Positions 47,701 through 62,700 of a DNA stretch of 64,000 nucleotides are shown one piece after another (position 1 is the first letter of the stretch; each line of letters opens with the position of its first letter). Position numbers and translations under genes: made by a program. This stretch comes from Eledone cirrhosa. Taxonomy: Eukaryota. Where the stretch lies: NCBI GenBank assembly GCA_964016885.1, contig OZ024742.1, positions 360,716,001 through 360,780,000 of the forward strand. The letters are read 5' to 3'. The notes beneath the pieces are model-generated. The model saw nothing but the letters and a program-made list of their open reading frames with translations, did no database searches and was not told the origin of the DNA.

Positions 47701-50700
47701 TATAGTAGAGACTGGTATAATAGTGACTGTTATAGTAGAGACTGGTATAATAGCGACTGTTATAGTAGTGACTGTTATAGTAGAGACTGTTATAGTAGTG
47801 ACTGTTATAGAAGAGACTGGTATAGTAGAGACTGTTATAGTAGAGACTGTTATAGTAGAGACTGGTACAGTAGAGACTGGTATAGTAGAGACTGTTATAG
47901 TAGAGACTGGTATAGTAGAGACTGTTATAGTAGTGACTGGTATAGTAGTGACTGTTATAGTAGAGACTGGTATAGTAGTGACTGTTATAGTAGAGACTGT
48001 TATAGTAGAGACTGTTATAGTAGTGACTGTTATAGTAGAGACTGTTATAGTAGTGACTGGTATAGTAGTGACTGTTATAGTAGAGACTGTTATAGTAGAG
48101 ACTGGTATAGTAGAGACTGTTATAGTAGAGACTGTTATAGTAGTGACTGGTATAGTAGTGACTGTCATAGTAGAGACTGGTATAGTAGAGACTGTTATAG
48201 TAGTGACTGGTATAGTAGTGACTTGTATAGTAGAGACTGGTATAGTAGTGACTGGTATAGTAGTGACTGGTATAGTAGTGACTGTTATAGTAGAGACTGT
48301 TATAGTAGAGACTGTTATAGTAGAGACTGTTATAGTAGTGACTGGTATAGTAGAGACTGGTATAGTAGATACTGTTATAGCAGTGACTGTTATAGTAGTG
48401 ACTGTTATAGTAGAGACTGGTATAGTAGATACTGTTATAACAGTGACTGGTATAGTAGAGACTGTTATAGTAGTGACTGTTATAGTAGAGACTGTTATCG
48501 TAGAGACTGTTATAGCAGTGACTGGTATAGTAGTGACTGGTATAGTAGAGACTGGTATAGTAGTGACTGTTATAGTAGTGACTGTTATAGTAGTGACTGT
48601 TATAGTAGAGACTGGTATAGTAGAGACTGTTATAGTAGAGACTGTTATAGTAGAGACTGGTATAGTAGTGACTGTTATAGTAGTGACTGGTATAGTAGAG
48701 ACTGGTATAGTAGAGACTGTTATAGTAGAGACTGTTATAGTAGAGACTGTTATAGTAGTGACTGTTATAGTAGTGACTGTTATAGTAGTGACTGTTATAG
48801 TAGTGACTGTTATAGTAGAGACTGTGATAGTAGAGACTGTTATAGCAGTGACTGGTATAGTAGTGACTGTTATAGTAGAGTCTGTTATGGTAGTGACTGG
48901 TATAGTAGAGACTTTTATAGTAGAGACTGTTATAGTAGAGACTGGTATAGTAGAGACTGGTATAGTAGAGACTGGTATAGTAGAGACTGGTATAGTAGAG
49001 ACTGTTATAGTAGTGACTGGTATAGTAGTGACTTGTATAGTAGAGACTGGTATAGTAGTGACTGTTATAGTAGTGACTGGTATAGCAGTGACTGGTATAG
49101 TAGTGACTGTTATAATAGTGACTGTTATAGTAGTGACTGTTATAGTAGAGGCTGTTATAGTAGAGACTGGTATAGTAGAGACTGGTATAGTAGAGACTGT
49201 TATAGCAGTGACTGGTATAGTAGAGACTGTTATAGTAGAGACTGGTATATAGTAGAGACTGTTATAGTAGTGACTGGTATAGTAGAGACTGTTATAGTAG
49301 AGACTGTTATAGCAGTGACTGTTATAGTAGAGACTGTTATAGTAGAGACTGTTATAGTAGAGACTGTTATAGTAGAGACTGGTATAGTAGAGACTGGTAT
49401 AGTAGAGTCTGGTATGGTAGAGACTGGTATGGTAGAGACTGTTATAGTAGAGACTGTTATAGTAGAGACTGTTATAGTAGAGACTGGTATAGTAGAGACT
49501 GGTATAGTAGAGACTGTTATAGTAGAGACTGGTATAGTAGAGACTGGTATAGTAGTGACTGTTATAGTAGAGACTGTTATAGTAGAGACTGTTATAGTAG
49601 TGACTGGTATAGTAGAGACTGTTATAGTAGTGACTGTTATAGTAGAGACTGGTATAGTAGAGACTGTTATAGCAGTGCCTGTTATAGTAGTGACTGTTAT
49701 AGTAGAGACTGGTATAGTAGAGACTGTTATAGTAGAGACTGTTATAGTAGTGACTGTTATAGTAGTGACTGTTATAGTAGAGACTGTTATAGTAGAGACT
49801 GGTATAGTAGAGACTGGTATAGTAGAGACTGGTATAGTAGTGACTGGTATAGTAGAGACTGTTATAGTAGAGACTGGTATAGTAGAGACTGGTATAGTAG
49901 AGACTGTTATAGTAGAGACTGTTATTGTAGTGACTGTTATAGTAGAGACTGTTATAGTAGAGACTGGTATAGTAGAGACTGTTATAGTAGAGACTGGTAT
50001 AGTAGAGACTGTTATAGTAGTGACTGTTATAGTAGAGACTGTTATAGTAGAGACTGTTATAGTAGTGACTGGTATAGTAGAGACTGGTATAGTAGATACT
50101 GTTATAGCAGTGACTGGTATAGTAGAGACTGTTATAGTAGTGACTGTTATAGTAGAGACTGTTATAGTAGTGACTGTTATAGTAGTGACTGTTATAGTAG
50201 AGACTGTGATAGTAGAGACTGTTATAGCAGTGACTGGTATAGTAGTGACTGTTATAGTAGAGTCTGTTATGGTAGTGACTGGTATAGTAGAGACTTTTAT
50301 AGTAGAGACTGTTATAGTAGAGACTGGTATAGTAGAGACTGGTATAGTAGAGACTGGTATAGTAGAGACTGTTATAGTAGTGACTGGTATAGTAGTGACT
50401 TGTATAGTAGAGACTGGTATAGTAGTGACTGTTATAGTAGTGACTGGTATAGCAGTGACTGGTATAGTAGAGACTGTTATAGTAGTGACTGTTATAGTAG
50501 TGACTGTTATAGTAGTGACTGTTATAGTAGAGACTGTTATAGTAGAGACTGTTATAGTAGTGACTGGTATAGTAGTGACTGTTATAGTAGAGACTGTTAT
50601 AGTGGTAACTGGTATAGTAGAGACTGTTATAGTAGAGACTGTTATAGTAGAGACTGTTATAGTAGTGACTGTTATAGTAGAGACTGTTATAGTAGAGACT

Positions 50701-53700
50701 GTTATAGTAGTGACTGTTATAGTAGTGACTGGTATAGTAGAGACTGGTATAGTAGAGACTGTTATAGTAGAGACTGTTATAGGAGTGACTGTTATAGTAG
50801 AGACTGTTATAGTAGAGACTGTTATAGTAGAGACTGTTATAGTAGTGACTGGTATAGTAGTGACTGTTATAGTAGTGACTGGTATAGTAGTGACTGGTAT
50901 AGTAGAGACTGTTATAGTAGAGACTGTTATAGTAGAGACTGGAATAGTAGTGACTGTTATAGTAGAGACTGTTATAGTAGAGACTGGTATAGTAGAGACT
51001 GTTATAGTAGAGACTGTAATAGTAGAGACTGTTATAGTAGTGACTGTTATAGTAGAGACTGTTATAGTAGAGACTGTTATAGTAGTGACTGGTATAGTAG
51101 TGACTGTCATAGTAGAGACTGGTATAGTAGAGACTGTTATAGTAGTGACTGGTATAGTAGTGACTTGTATAGTAGAGACTGGTATAGTAGTGACTGGTAT
51201 AGTAGTGACTGGTATAGTAGTGACTGTTATAGTAGAGACTGTTATAGTAGAGACTGGTATAGTAGAGACTGTTATAGTACAGACTTATAGTAGAGACTGG
51301 TATAGTAGTGACTGTTATAGTAGAGATTGTTATAGTAGAGACTGGTATAGTAGAGACTGGTACAGTAGGGACTGGTATAGTAGAGACTGTTATAGTAGAG
51401 ACTGGTATAGTAGAGACTGGTATAGTAGAGACTGTTATAGTAGAGACTGGTATAGTAGAGACTGGTATAGTAGTGACTGGTATAGTAGAGACTGTTATAG
51501 TAGAGACTGTTATAGTAGAGACTGTTATAGTAGTGACTGTTATAGTAGAGACTGTTATAGTAGTGACTGTTATAGTAGTGACTGTTATAGTAGAGACCGT
51601 TATAGTAGTGACTGTTATGGTAGAGACTGTTATAGTAGAGACTGGTATAGTAGTGACTGGTATAGTAGAGACTGGTATAATAGTGACTGTTATAGTAGTG
51701 ACTGTTATAGTAGAGACTGTTATAGTAGAGACTGTTATAGTAGTGACTGTTATAGTAGAGACTGGTATAGTAGTGACTGTTATAGTAGAGACTGGTATAA
51801 TTGTGACTGTTATAGTAGAGACTGGTATAATAGTGACTGTTATAATAGTGACTGTTATAGTAGAGACTGGTATAATAGTGACTGTTATAGTAGAGACTGG
51901 TATAATAGTGACTGTTATAGTAGAGACTGGTATAATAGCGACTGTTATAGTAGTGACTGTTATAGTAGAGACTGTTATAGTAGTGACTGTTATAGAAGAG
52001 ACTGGTATAGTAGAGACTGTTATAGTAGAGACTGTTATAGTAGAGACTGGTACAGTAGAGACTGGTATAGTAGAGACTGTTATAGTAGAGACTGGTATAG
52101 TAGTGACTGTTATAGTAGAGACTGGTATAGTAGAGACTGTTATAGTAGTGACTGGTATAGTAGTGACTGTTATAGTAGAGACTGGTATAGTAGTGACTGT
52201 TATAGTAGAGACTGTTATAGTAGAGACTGTTATAGTAGTGACTGTTATAGTAGAGACTGTTATAGTAGTGACTGGTATAGTAGTGACTGTTATAGTAGAG
52301 ACTGTTATAGTAGAGACTGGTATAGTAGAGACTGTTATAGTAGAGACTGTTATAGTAGTGACTGGTATAGTAGTGACTGTCATAGTAGAGACTGGTATAG
52401 TAGAGACTGTTATAGTAGTGACTGGTATAGTAGTGACTTGTATAGTAGAGACTGGTATAGTAGTGACTGGTATAGTAGTGACTGGTATAGTAGTGACTGT
52501 TATAGTAGAGACTGTTATAGTAGAGACTGTTATAGTAGAGACTGTTATAGTAGTGACTGGTATAGTAGAGACTGGTATAGTAGATACTGTTATAGCAGTG
52601 ACTGGTATAGTAGAGACTGTTATAGTAGTGACTGTTATAGTAGAGACTGGTATAGTAGATACTGTTATAACAGTGACTGGTATAGTAGAGACTGTTATAG
52701 TAGTGACTGTTATAGTAGAGACTGTTATCGTAGAGACTGTTATAGCAGTGAATGGTATAGTAGTGACTGGTATAGTAGAGACTGGTATAGTAGTGACTGT
52801 TATAGTAGTGACTGTTATAGTAGTGACTGTTATAGTAGAGACTGGTATAGTAGAGACTGTTATAGTAGAGACTGTTATAGTAGAGACTGGTATAGTAGTG
52901 ACTGTTATAGTAGTGACTGGTATAGTAGAGACTGGTATAGTAGAGACTGTTATAGTAGAGACTGTTATAGTAGAGACTGTTATAGTAGTGACTGTTATAG
53001 TAGTGACTGTTATAGTAGTGACTGTTATAGTAGTGACTGTTATAGTAGAGACTGTGATAGTAGAGACTGTTATAGCAGTGACTGGTATAGTAGTGACTGT
53101 TATAGTAGAGTCTGTTATGGTAGTGACTGGTATAGTAGAGACTTTTATAGTAGAGACTGTTATAGTAGAGACTGGTATAGTAGAGACTGGTATAGTAGAG
53201 ACTGGTATAGTAGAGACTGGTATAGTAGAGACTGTTATAGTAGTGACTGGTATAGTAGTGACTTGTATAGTAGAGACTGGTATAGTAGTGACTGTTATAG
53301 TAGTGACTGGTATAGCAGTGACTGGTATAGTAGTGACTGTTATAATAGTGACTGTTATAGTAGTGACTGTTATAGTAGAGGCTGTTATAGTAGAGACTGG
53401 TATAGTAGAGACTGGTATAGTAGAGACTGTTATAGCAGTGACTGGTATAGTAGAGACTGTTATAGTAGAGACTGGTATATAGTAGAGACTGTTATAGTAG
53501 TGACTGGTATAGTAGAGACTGTTATAGTAGAGACTGTTATAGCAGTGACTGGTATAGTAGAGACTGTTATAGTAGAGACTGTTATAGTAGAGACTGTTAT
53601 AGTAGAGACTGTTATAGTAGAGACTGGTATAGTAGAGACTGGTATAGTAGAGTCTGGTATGGTAGAGACTGGTATGGTAGAGACTGTTATAGTAGAGACT

Positions 53701-56700
53701 GTTATAGTAGAGACTGTTATAGTAGAGACTGGTATAGTAGAGACTGGTATAGTAGAGACTGTTATAGTAGAGACTGGTATAGTAGAGACTGGTATAGTCG
53801 TGACTGTTATAGTAGAGACTGTTATAGTAGAGACTGTTATAGTAGTGACTGGTATAGTAGAGACTGTTATAGTAGTGACTGTTATAGTAGAGACTGGTAT
53901 AGTAGAGACTGTTATAGCAGTGCCTGTTATAGTAGTGACTGTTATAGTAGAGACTGGTATAGTAGAGACTGTTATAGTAGAGACTGTTATAGTAGTGACT
54001 GTTATAGTAGTGACTGTTATAGTAGAGACTGTTATAGTAGAGACTGGTATAGTAGAGACTGGTATAGTAGAGACTGGTATAGTAGTGACTGGTATAGTAG
54101 AGACTGTTATAGTAGAGACTGGTATAGTAGAGACTGGTATAGTAGAGACTGTTATAGTAGAGACTGTTATTGTAGTGACTGTTATAGTAGAGACTGTTAT
54201 AGTAGAGACTGGTATAGTAGAGACTGTTATAGTAGAGACTGGTATAGTAGAGACTGTTATAGTAGTGACTGTTATAGTAGAGACTGTTATAGTAGAGACT
54301 GTTATAGTAGTGACTGGTATAGTAGAGACTGGTATAGTAGATACTGTTATAGCAGTGACTGGTATAGTAGAGACTGTTATAGTAGTGACTGTTATAGTAG
54401 AGACTGGTATAGTAGATACTGTTATAACAGTGACTGGTATAGTAGAGACTGTTATAGTAGAGACTGTTATCGTAGAGACTGTTATAGCAGTGACTGGTAT
54501 AGTAGTGACTGGTATAGTAGAGACTGGTATAGTAGTGACTGTTATAGTAGTGACTGTTATAGTAGTGACTGTTATAGTAGAGACTGGTATAGTAGAGACT
54601 GTTATAGTAGAGACTGTTATAGTAGAGACTGGTATAGTAGTGACTGTTATAGTAGTGACTGGTATAGTAGAGACTGTTATAGTAGAGACTGTTATAGTAG
54701 AGACTGTTATAGTAGTGACTGTTATAGTAGTGACTGTTATAGTAGTGACTGTTATAGTAGTGACTGTTATAGTAGAGACTGTGATAGTAGAGACTGTTAT
54801 AGCAGTGACTGGTATAGTAGTGACTGTTATAGTAGAGTCTGTTATGGTAGTGACTGGTATAGTAGAGACTTTTATAGTAGAGACTGTTATAGTAGAGACT
54901 GGTATAGTAGAGACTGGTATAGTAGAGACTGGTATAGTAGAGACTGTTATAGTAGTGACTGGTATAGTAGTGACTTGTATAGTAGAGACTGGTATAGTAG
55001 TGACTGTTATAGTAGTGACTGGTATAGCAGTGACTGGTATAGTAGAGACTGTTATAGTAGTGACTGTTATAGTAGTGACTGTTATAGTAGAGACTGTTAT
55101 AGTAGAGACTGTTATAGTAGTGACTGGTATAGTAGTGACTGTTATAGTAGAGACTGTTATAGTGGTAACTGGTATAGTAGAGACTGTTATAGTAGAGACT
55201 GTTATAGTAGTGACTGTTATAGTAGAGACTGTTATAGTAGAGACTGTTATAGTAGTGACTGTTATAGTAGTGACTGGTATAGTAGAGACTGGTATAGTAG
55301 AGACTGTTATAGTAGAGACTGTTATAGGAGTGACTGTTATAGTAGAGACTGTTATAGTAGAGACTGTTATAGTAGAGACTGTTATAGTAGTGACTGGTAT
55401 AGTAGTGACTGTTATAGTAGTGACTGGTATAGTAGTGACTGGTATAGTAGAGACTGTTATAGTAGAGACTGTTATAGTAGAGACTGGAATAGTAGTGACT
55501 GTTATAGTAGAGACTGTTATAGTAGAGACTGGTATAGTAGAGACTGTTATAGTAGAGACTGTAATAGTAGAGACTGGTATAGTAGAGACTGTTATAGTAG
55601 TGACTGTTATAGTAGAGACTGTTATAGTAGAGACTGTTATAGTAGTGACTGGTATAGTAGTGACTGTCATAGTAGAGACTGGTATAGTAGAGACTGTTAT
55701 AGTAGTGACTGGTATAGTAGTGACTTGTATAGTAGAGACTGGTATAGTAGTGACTGGTATAGTAGTGACTGGTATAGTAGTGACTGTTATAGTAGAGACT
55801 GTTATAGTAGAGACTGGTATAGTAGAGACTGTTATAGTACAGACTTATAGTAGAGACTGGTATAGTAGTGACTGTTATAGTAGAGACTGTTATAGTAGAG
55901 ACTGGTATAGTAGAGACTGGTACAGTAGGGACTGGTATAGTAGAGACTGTTATAGTAGAGACTGGTATAGTAGAGACTGGTATAGTAGAGACTGTTATAG
56001 TAGAGACTGGTATAGTAGAGACTGGTATAGTAGTGACTGGTATAGTAGAGACTGTTATAGTAGAGACTGTTATAGTAGAGACTGTTATAGTAGTGACTGT
56101 TATAGTAGAGACTGTTATAGTAGTGACTGTTATAGTAGTGACTGTTATAGTAGAGACCGTTATAGTAGTGACTGTTATGGTAGAGACTGTTATAGTAGAG
56201 ACTGGTATAGTAGTGACTGGTATAGTAGAGACTGGTATAATAGTGACTGTTATAGTAGTGACTGTTATAGTAGAGACTGTTATAGTAGAGACTGTTATAG
56301 TAGTGACTGTTATAGTAGAGACTGTTATAGTAGAGACTGGTATAGTAGTGACTGTTATAGTAGAGACTGGTATAATTGTGACTGTTATAGTAGAGACTGG
56401 TATAATAGTGACTGTTATAATAGTGACTGTTATAGTAGAGACTGGTATAATAGTGACTGTTATAGTAGAGACTGGTATAATAGTGACTGTTATAGTAGAG
56501 ACTGGTATAATAGCGACTGTTATAGTAGTGACTGTTATAGTAGAGACTGTTATAGTAGTGACTGTTATAGAAGAGACTGGTATAGTAGAGACTGTTATAG
56601 TAGAGACTGTTATAGTAGAGACTGGTACAGTAGAGACTGGTATAGTAGAGACTGTTATAGTAGAGACTGGTATAGTAGTGACTGTTATAGTAGAGACTGG

Positions 56701-59700
56701 TATAGTAGAGACTGTTATAGTAGTGACTGGTATAGTAGTGACTGTTATAGTAGAGACTGGTATAGTAGTGACTGTTATAGTAGAGACTGTTATAGTAGAG
56801 ACTGTTATAGTAGTGACTGTTATAGTAGAGACTGTTATAGTAGTGACTGGTATAGTAGTGACTGTTATAGTAGAGACTGTTATAGTAGAGACTGTTATAG
56901 TAGAGACTGGTATAGTAGAGACTGTTATAGTAGAGACTGTTATAGTAGTGACTGGTATAGTAGTGACTGTCATAGTAGAGACTGGTATAGTAGAGACTGT
57001 TATAGTAGTGACTGGTATAGTAGTGACTTGTATAGTAGAGACTGGTATAGTAGTGACTGGTATAGTAGTGACTGGTATAGTAGTGACTGTTATAGTAGAG
57101 ACTGTTATAGTAGAGACTGTTATAGTAGAGACTGTTATAGTAGTGACTGGTATAGTAGAGACTGGTATAGTAGATACTGTTATAGCAGTGACTGGTATAG
57201 TAGAGACTGTTATAGTAGTGACTGTTATAGTAGAGACTGGTATAGTAGATACTGTTATAACAGTGACTGGTATAGTAGAGACTGTTATAGTAGTGACTGT
57301 TATAGTAGAGACTGTTATCGTAGAGACTGTTATAGCAGTGACTGGTATAGTAGTGACTGGTATAGTAGAGACTGGTATAGTAGTGACTGTTATAGTAGTG
57401 ACTGTTATAGTAGTGACTGTTATAGTAGAGACTGGTATAGTAGAGACTGTTATAGTAGAGACTGTTATAGTAGAGACTGGTATAGTAGTGACTGTTATAG
57501 TAGTGACTGGTATAGTAGAGACTGGTATAGTAGAGACTGTTATAGTAGAGACTGTTATAGTAGAGACTGTTATAGTAGTGACTGTTATAGTAGTGACTGT
57601 TATAGTAGTGACTGTTATAGTAGAGACTGTGATAGTAGAGACTGTTATAGCAGTGACTGGTATAGTAGTGACTGTTATAGTAGAGTCTGTTATGGTAGTG
57701 ACTGTTATAGTAGAGACTGGTATAGTAGAGACTGGTATAGTAGAGACTGGTATAGTAGAGACTGGTATAGTAGAGACTGTTATAGTAGTGACTGGTATAG
57801 TAGTGACTTGTATAGTAGAGACTGGTATAGTAGTGACTGTTATAGTAGTGACTGGTATAGCAGTGACTGGTATAGTAGAGACTGTTATAGTAGTGACTGT
57901 TATAGTAGTGACTGTTATAGTAGAGACTGTTATAGTAGAGACTGTTATAGTAGTGACTGGTATAGTAGTGACTGTTATAGTAGAGACTGTTATAGTGGTA
58001 ACTGGTATAGTAGAGACTGTTATAGTAGAGACTGTTATAGTAGTGACTGTTATAGTAGAGACTGTTATAGTAGAGACTGTTATAGTAGTGACTGTTATAG
58101 TAGTGACTGGTATAGTAGAGACTGGTATAGTAGAGACTGTTATAGTAGAGACTGTTATAGGAGTGACTGTTATAGTAGAGACTGTTATAGTAGAGACTGT
58201 TATAGTAGTGACTGTTATAGTAGTGACTGGTATAGTAGTGACTGGTATAGTAGAGACTGTTATAGTAGAGACTGTTATAGTAGAGACTGTTATAGTAGAG
58301 ACTGGAATAGTAGTGACTGTTATAGTAGAGACTGTTATAGTAGAGACTGGTATAGTAGAGACTGTTATAGTAGAGACTGTTATAGTAGAGACTGGTATAG
58401 TAGAGACTGTTATAGTAGTGACTGTTATAGTAGAGACTGTTATAGTAGAGACTGTTATAGTAGTGACTGGTATAGTAGTGACTGTCATAGTAGAGACTGG
58501 TATAGTAGAGACTGGTATAGTAGTGACTTGTATAGTAGAGACTGGTATAGTAGTGACTGGTATAGTAGTGACTGTTATAGTAGAGACTGTTATAGTAGAG
58601 ACTGGTATAGTAGAGACTGTTATAGTACAGACTTATAGTAGAGACTGGTATAGTAGTGACTGTTATAGTAGAGACTGTTATAGTAGAGACTGGTATAGTA
58701 GAGACTGGTACAGTAGGGACTGGTATAGTAGAGACTGTTATAGTAGAGACTGGTATAGTAGAGACTGGTATAGTAGAGACTGTTATAGTAGAGACTGGTA
58801 TAGTAGAGACTGGTATAGTAGTGACTGGTATAGTAGAGACTGTTATAGTAGAGACTGTTATAGTAGAGACTGTTATAGTAGAGACTGTTATAGTAGTGAC
58901 TGTTATAGTAGAGACTGTTATAGTAGTGACTGTTATAGTAGTGACTGTTATAGTAGAGACCGTTATAGTAGTGACTGTTATGGTAGAGACTGTTATAGTA
59001 GAGACTGGTATAGTAGTGACTGGTATAGTAGAGACTGGTATAATAGTGACTGTTATAGTAGTGACTGTTATAGTAGAGACTGTTATAGTAGAGACTGTTA
59101 TAGTAGTGACTGTTATAGTAGAGACTGTTATAGTAGAGACTGGTATAGTAGTGACTGTTATAGTAGAGACTGGTATAATTGTGACTGTTATAGTAGAGAC
59201 TGGTATAATAGTGACTGTTATAATAGTGACTGTTATAGTAGAGACTGGTATAATAGTGACTGTTATAGTAGAGACTGGTATAATAGTGACTGTTATAGTA
59301 GAGACTGGTATAATAGTGACTGTTATAGTAGTGACTGTTATAGTAGAGACTGTTATAGTAGTGACTGTTATAGAAGAGACTGGTATAGTAGAGACTGTTA
59401 TAGTAGAGACTGTTATAGTAGAGACTGGTACAGTAGAGACTGGTATAGTAGAGACTGTTATAGTAGAGACTGGTATAGTAGTGACTGTTATAGTAGAGAC
59501 TGGTATAGTAGAGACTGTTATAGTAGTGACTGGTATAGTAGTGACTGTTATAGTAGAGACTGGTATAGTAGTGACTGTTATAGTAGAGACTGTTATAGTA
59601 GAGACTGTTATAGTAGTGACTGTTATAGTAGAGACTGTTATAGTAGTGACTGGTATAGTAGTGACTGTTATAGTAGAGACTGGTATAGTAGAGACTGTTA

Positions 59701-62700
59701 TAGTAGTGACTGTTATAGTAGAGACTGTTATAGTAGTGACTGTTATAGAAGAGACTGGTATAGTAGAGACTGTTATAGTAGAGACTGTTATAGTAGAGAC
59801 TGGTACAGTAGAGACTGGTATAGTAGAGACTGTTATAGTAGTGACTGGTATAGTAGTGACTGTTATAGTAGAGACTGGTATAGTAGTGACTGTTATAGTA
59901 GAGACTGTTATAGTAGAGACTGTTATAGTAGTGACTGTTATAGTAGAGACTGTTATAGTAGTGACTGGTATAGTAGTGACTGTTATAGTAGAGACTGTTA
60001 TAGTAGAGACTGGTATAGTAGAGACTGTTATAGTAGTGACTGTTATAGCAGAGACTGTTATATTAGAGACTGTTATAGTAGTGACTGTTATAGTAGTGTC
60101 TGTTATAGTAGAGACTGGTATAGTAGTGACTGTTATAGTAGTGACTGTTATAGTAGTGACTGTTATAGTAGAGACTGTTATAGTAGTGACTGTTATAGTA
60201 GAGACTTATAGTAGAGACTGGTATAGTAGTGACTGTTATAGTAGAAAGTGGTATAGTAGTGACTGTTATAGTAGTGAATGTTATAGTAGTGACTGTTATA
60301 GTAGTGACTGGTATAGTAGTGACTGTTATAGTAGAGACTGTTATAGTAGAGACTGGTATAGTAGAGACTGTTATAGTAGAGACCGGTATAGTAGTGACTG
60401 GTATAGTAGTGACTGTTATAGTAGAGACTGTTATAGTAGAGACAGTTATAGTAGTGACTCTTATAGTAGAGACTGGTATAGTAGTGACTGTTATAGTAGT
60501 GACTGTTATAGTAGACTTATAGTAGAGACTGGTATAGTAGAGACTGTTATAGTAGAGACTGTTATAGTAGTGACTGGTATAGTAGAGACTGTTATAGTAG
60601 AGACTGTTATAGTAGAGAGTGTTATAGTAGAGACTGGTATAGTAGAGACTGTTATAGTAGAGACTGTTATAGTAGTGACTGGTATAGTAGTGACTGTTAT
60701 AGTAGTGACTGGTATAGTAGTGACTGTTATAGTAGTGACTGGTATAGTAGTGACTGTTATAGTAGTGACTGTTATAGCAGTGACTGTTATAGTAGAGACT
60801 GTTATAGTAGAGACTGTTATAGTAGAGACTGTTATAGTAGAGACTGGTATAGTAGAGACTGTTATAGTAGAGACTGTTATAGTAGTGACTGGTATAGTAG
60901 AGACTGTTATAGTAGAGACTGTTATAGTAGAGAGTGTTATAGTAGAGACTGTTATAGCAGTGACTGTTATAGTAGAGACTGTTATAGTAGAGACTGTTTT
61001 AGTAGTGACTGTTATAGTAGAGACTGTTATAGTAGTGACTGTTATAGTAGAGACTGTTATAGTAGTGACTGGTATAGTAGTGACTGTTATAGTATTGACT
61101 GGTATAGTAGAGACTGTTATAGTAGTGACTGTTATAGTAGTGACTGTTATAGTAGAGACTGTTATAGTAGAGACTGTTATAGTAGTGACTGGTATAGTAG
61201 TGACTGTTATAGTAGAGACTGTTATAGTGGTAACTGGTATAGTAGAGACTGTTATAGTAGAGACTGTTATAGTAGTGACTGTTATAGTAGAGACTGTTAT
61301 AGTAGAGACTGTTATAGTAGTGACTGTTATAGTAGTGACTGGTATAGTAGAGACTGGTATAGTAGAGACTGTTATAGTAGAGACTGTTATAGGAGTGACT
61401 GTTATAGTAGAGACTGTTATAGTAGAGACTGTTATAGTAGTGACTGTTATAGTAGTGACTGGTATAGTAGTGACTGGTATAGTAGAGACTGTTATAGTAG
61501 AGACTGTTATAGTAGAGACTGTTATAGTAGAGACTGGAATAGTAGTGACTGTTATAGTAGAGACTGTTATAGTAGAGACTGGTATAGTAGAGACTGTTAT
61601 AGTAGAGACTGTTATAGTAGAGACTGGTATAGTAGAGACTGTTATAGTAGTGACTGTTATAGTAGAGACTGTTATAGTAGAGACTGTTATAGTAGTGACT
61701 GGTATAGTAGTGACTGTCATAGTAGAGACTGGTATAGTAGAGACTGGTATAGTAGTGACTGTTATAGTAGAGACTGTTATAGTAGTGACTGGTATAGTAG
61801 TGACTGTTATAGTAGTGACTGGTATAGTAGTGACTGTTATAGTAGTGACTGGTATAGTAGTGACTGTTATAGTAGTGACTGTTATAGCAGTGACTGTTAT
61901 AGTAGAGACTGTTATAGTAGAGACTGTTATAGTAGAGACTGTTATAGTAGAGACTGGTATAGTAGAGACTGTTATAGTAGAGACTGTTATAGTAGTGACT
62001 GGTATAGTAGAGACTGTTATAGTAGAGACTGTTATAGTAGAGAGTGTTATAGTAGAGACTGTTATAGCAGTGACTGTTATAGTAGAGACTGTTATAGTAG
62101 AGACTGTTTTAGTAGTGACTGTTATAGTAGAGACTGTTATAGTAGTGACTGTTATAGTAGAGACTGTTATAGTAGTGACTGGTATAGTAGTGACTGTTAT
62201 AGTATTGACTGGTATAGTAGAGACTGTTATAGTAGTGACTGTTATAGTAGTGACTGTTATGGTAGAGACTGTTATAGTAGAGACTGGTATAGTAGTGACT
62301 GGTATAGTAGAGACTGGTATAATAGTGACTGTTATAGTAGTGACTGTTATAGTAGAGACTGTTATAGTAGAGACTGTTATAGTAGTGACTGTTATAGTAG
62401 AGACTGTTATAGTAGAGACTGGTATAGTAGTGACTGTTATAGTAGAGACTGGTATAATTGTGACTGTTATAGTAGAGACTGGTATAATAGTGACTGTTAT
62501 AATAGTGACTGTTATAGTAGAGACTGGTATAATAGTGACTGTTATAGTAGAGACTGGTATAATAGTGACTGTTATAGTAGAGACTGGTATAATAGTGACT
62601 GTTATAGTAGTGACTGTTATAGTAGAGACTGTTATAGTAGTGACTGTTATAGAAGAGACTGGTATAGTAGAGACTGTTATAGTAGAGACTGTTATAGTAG

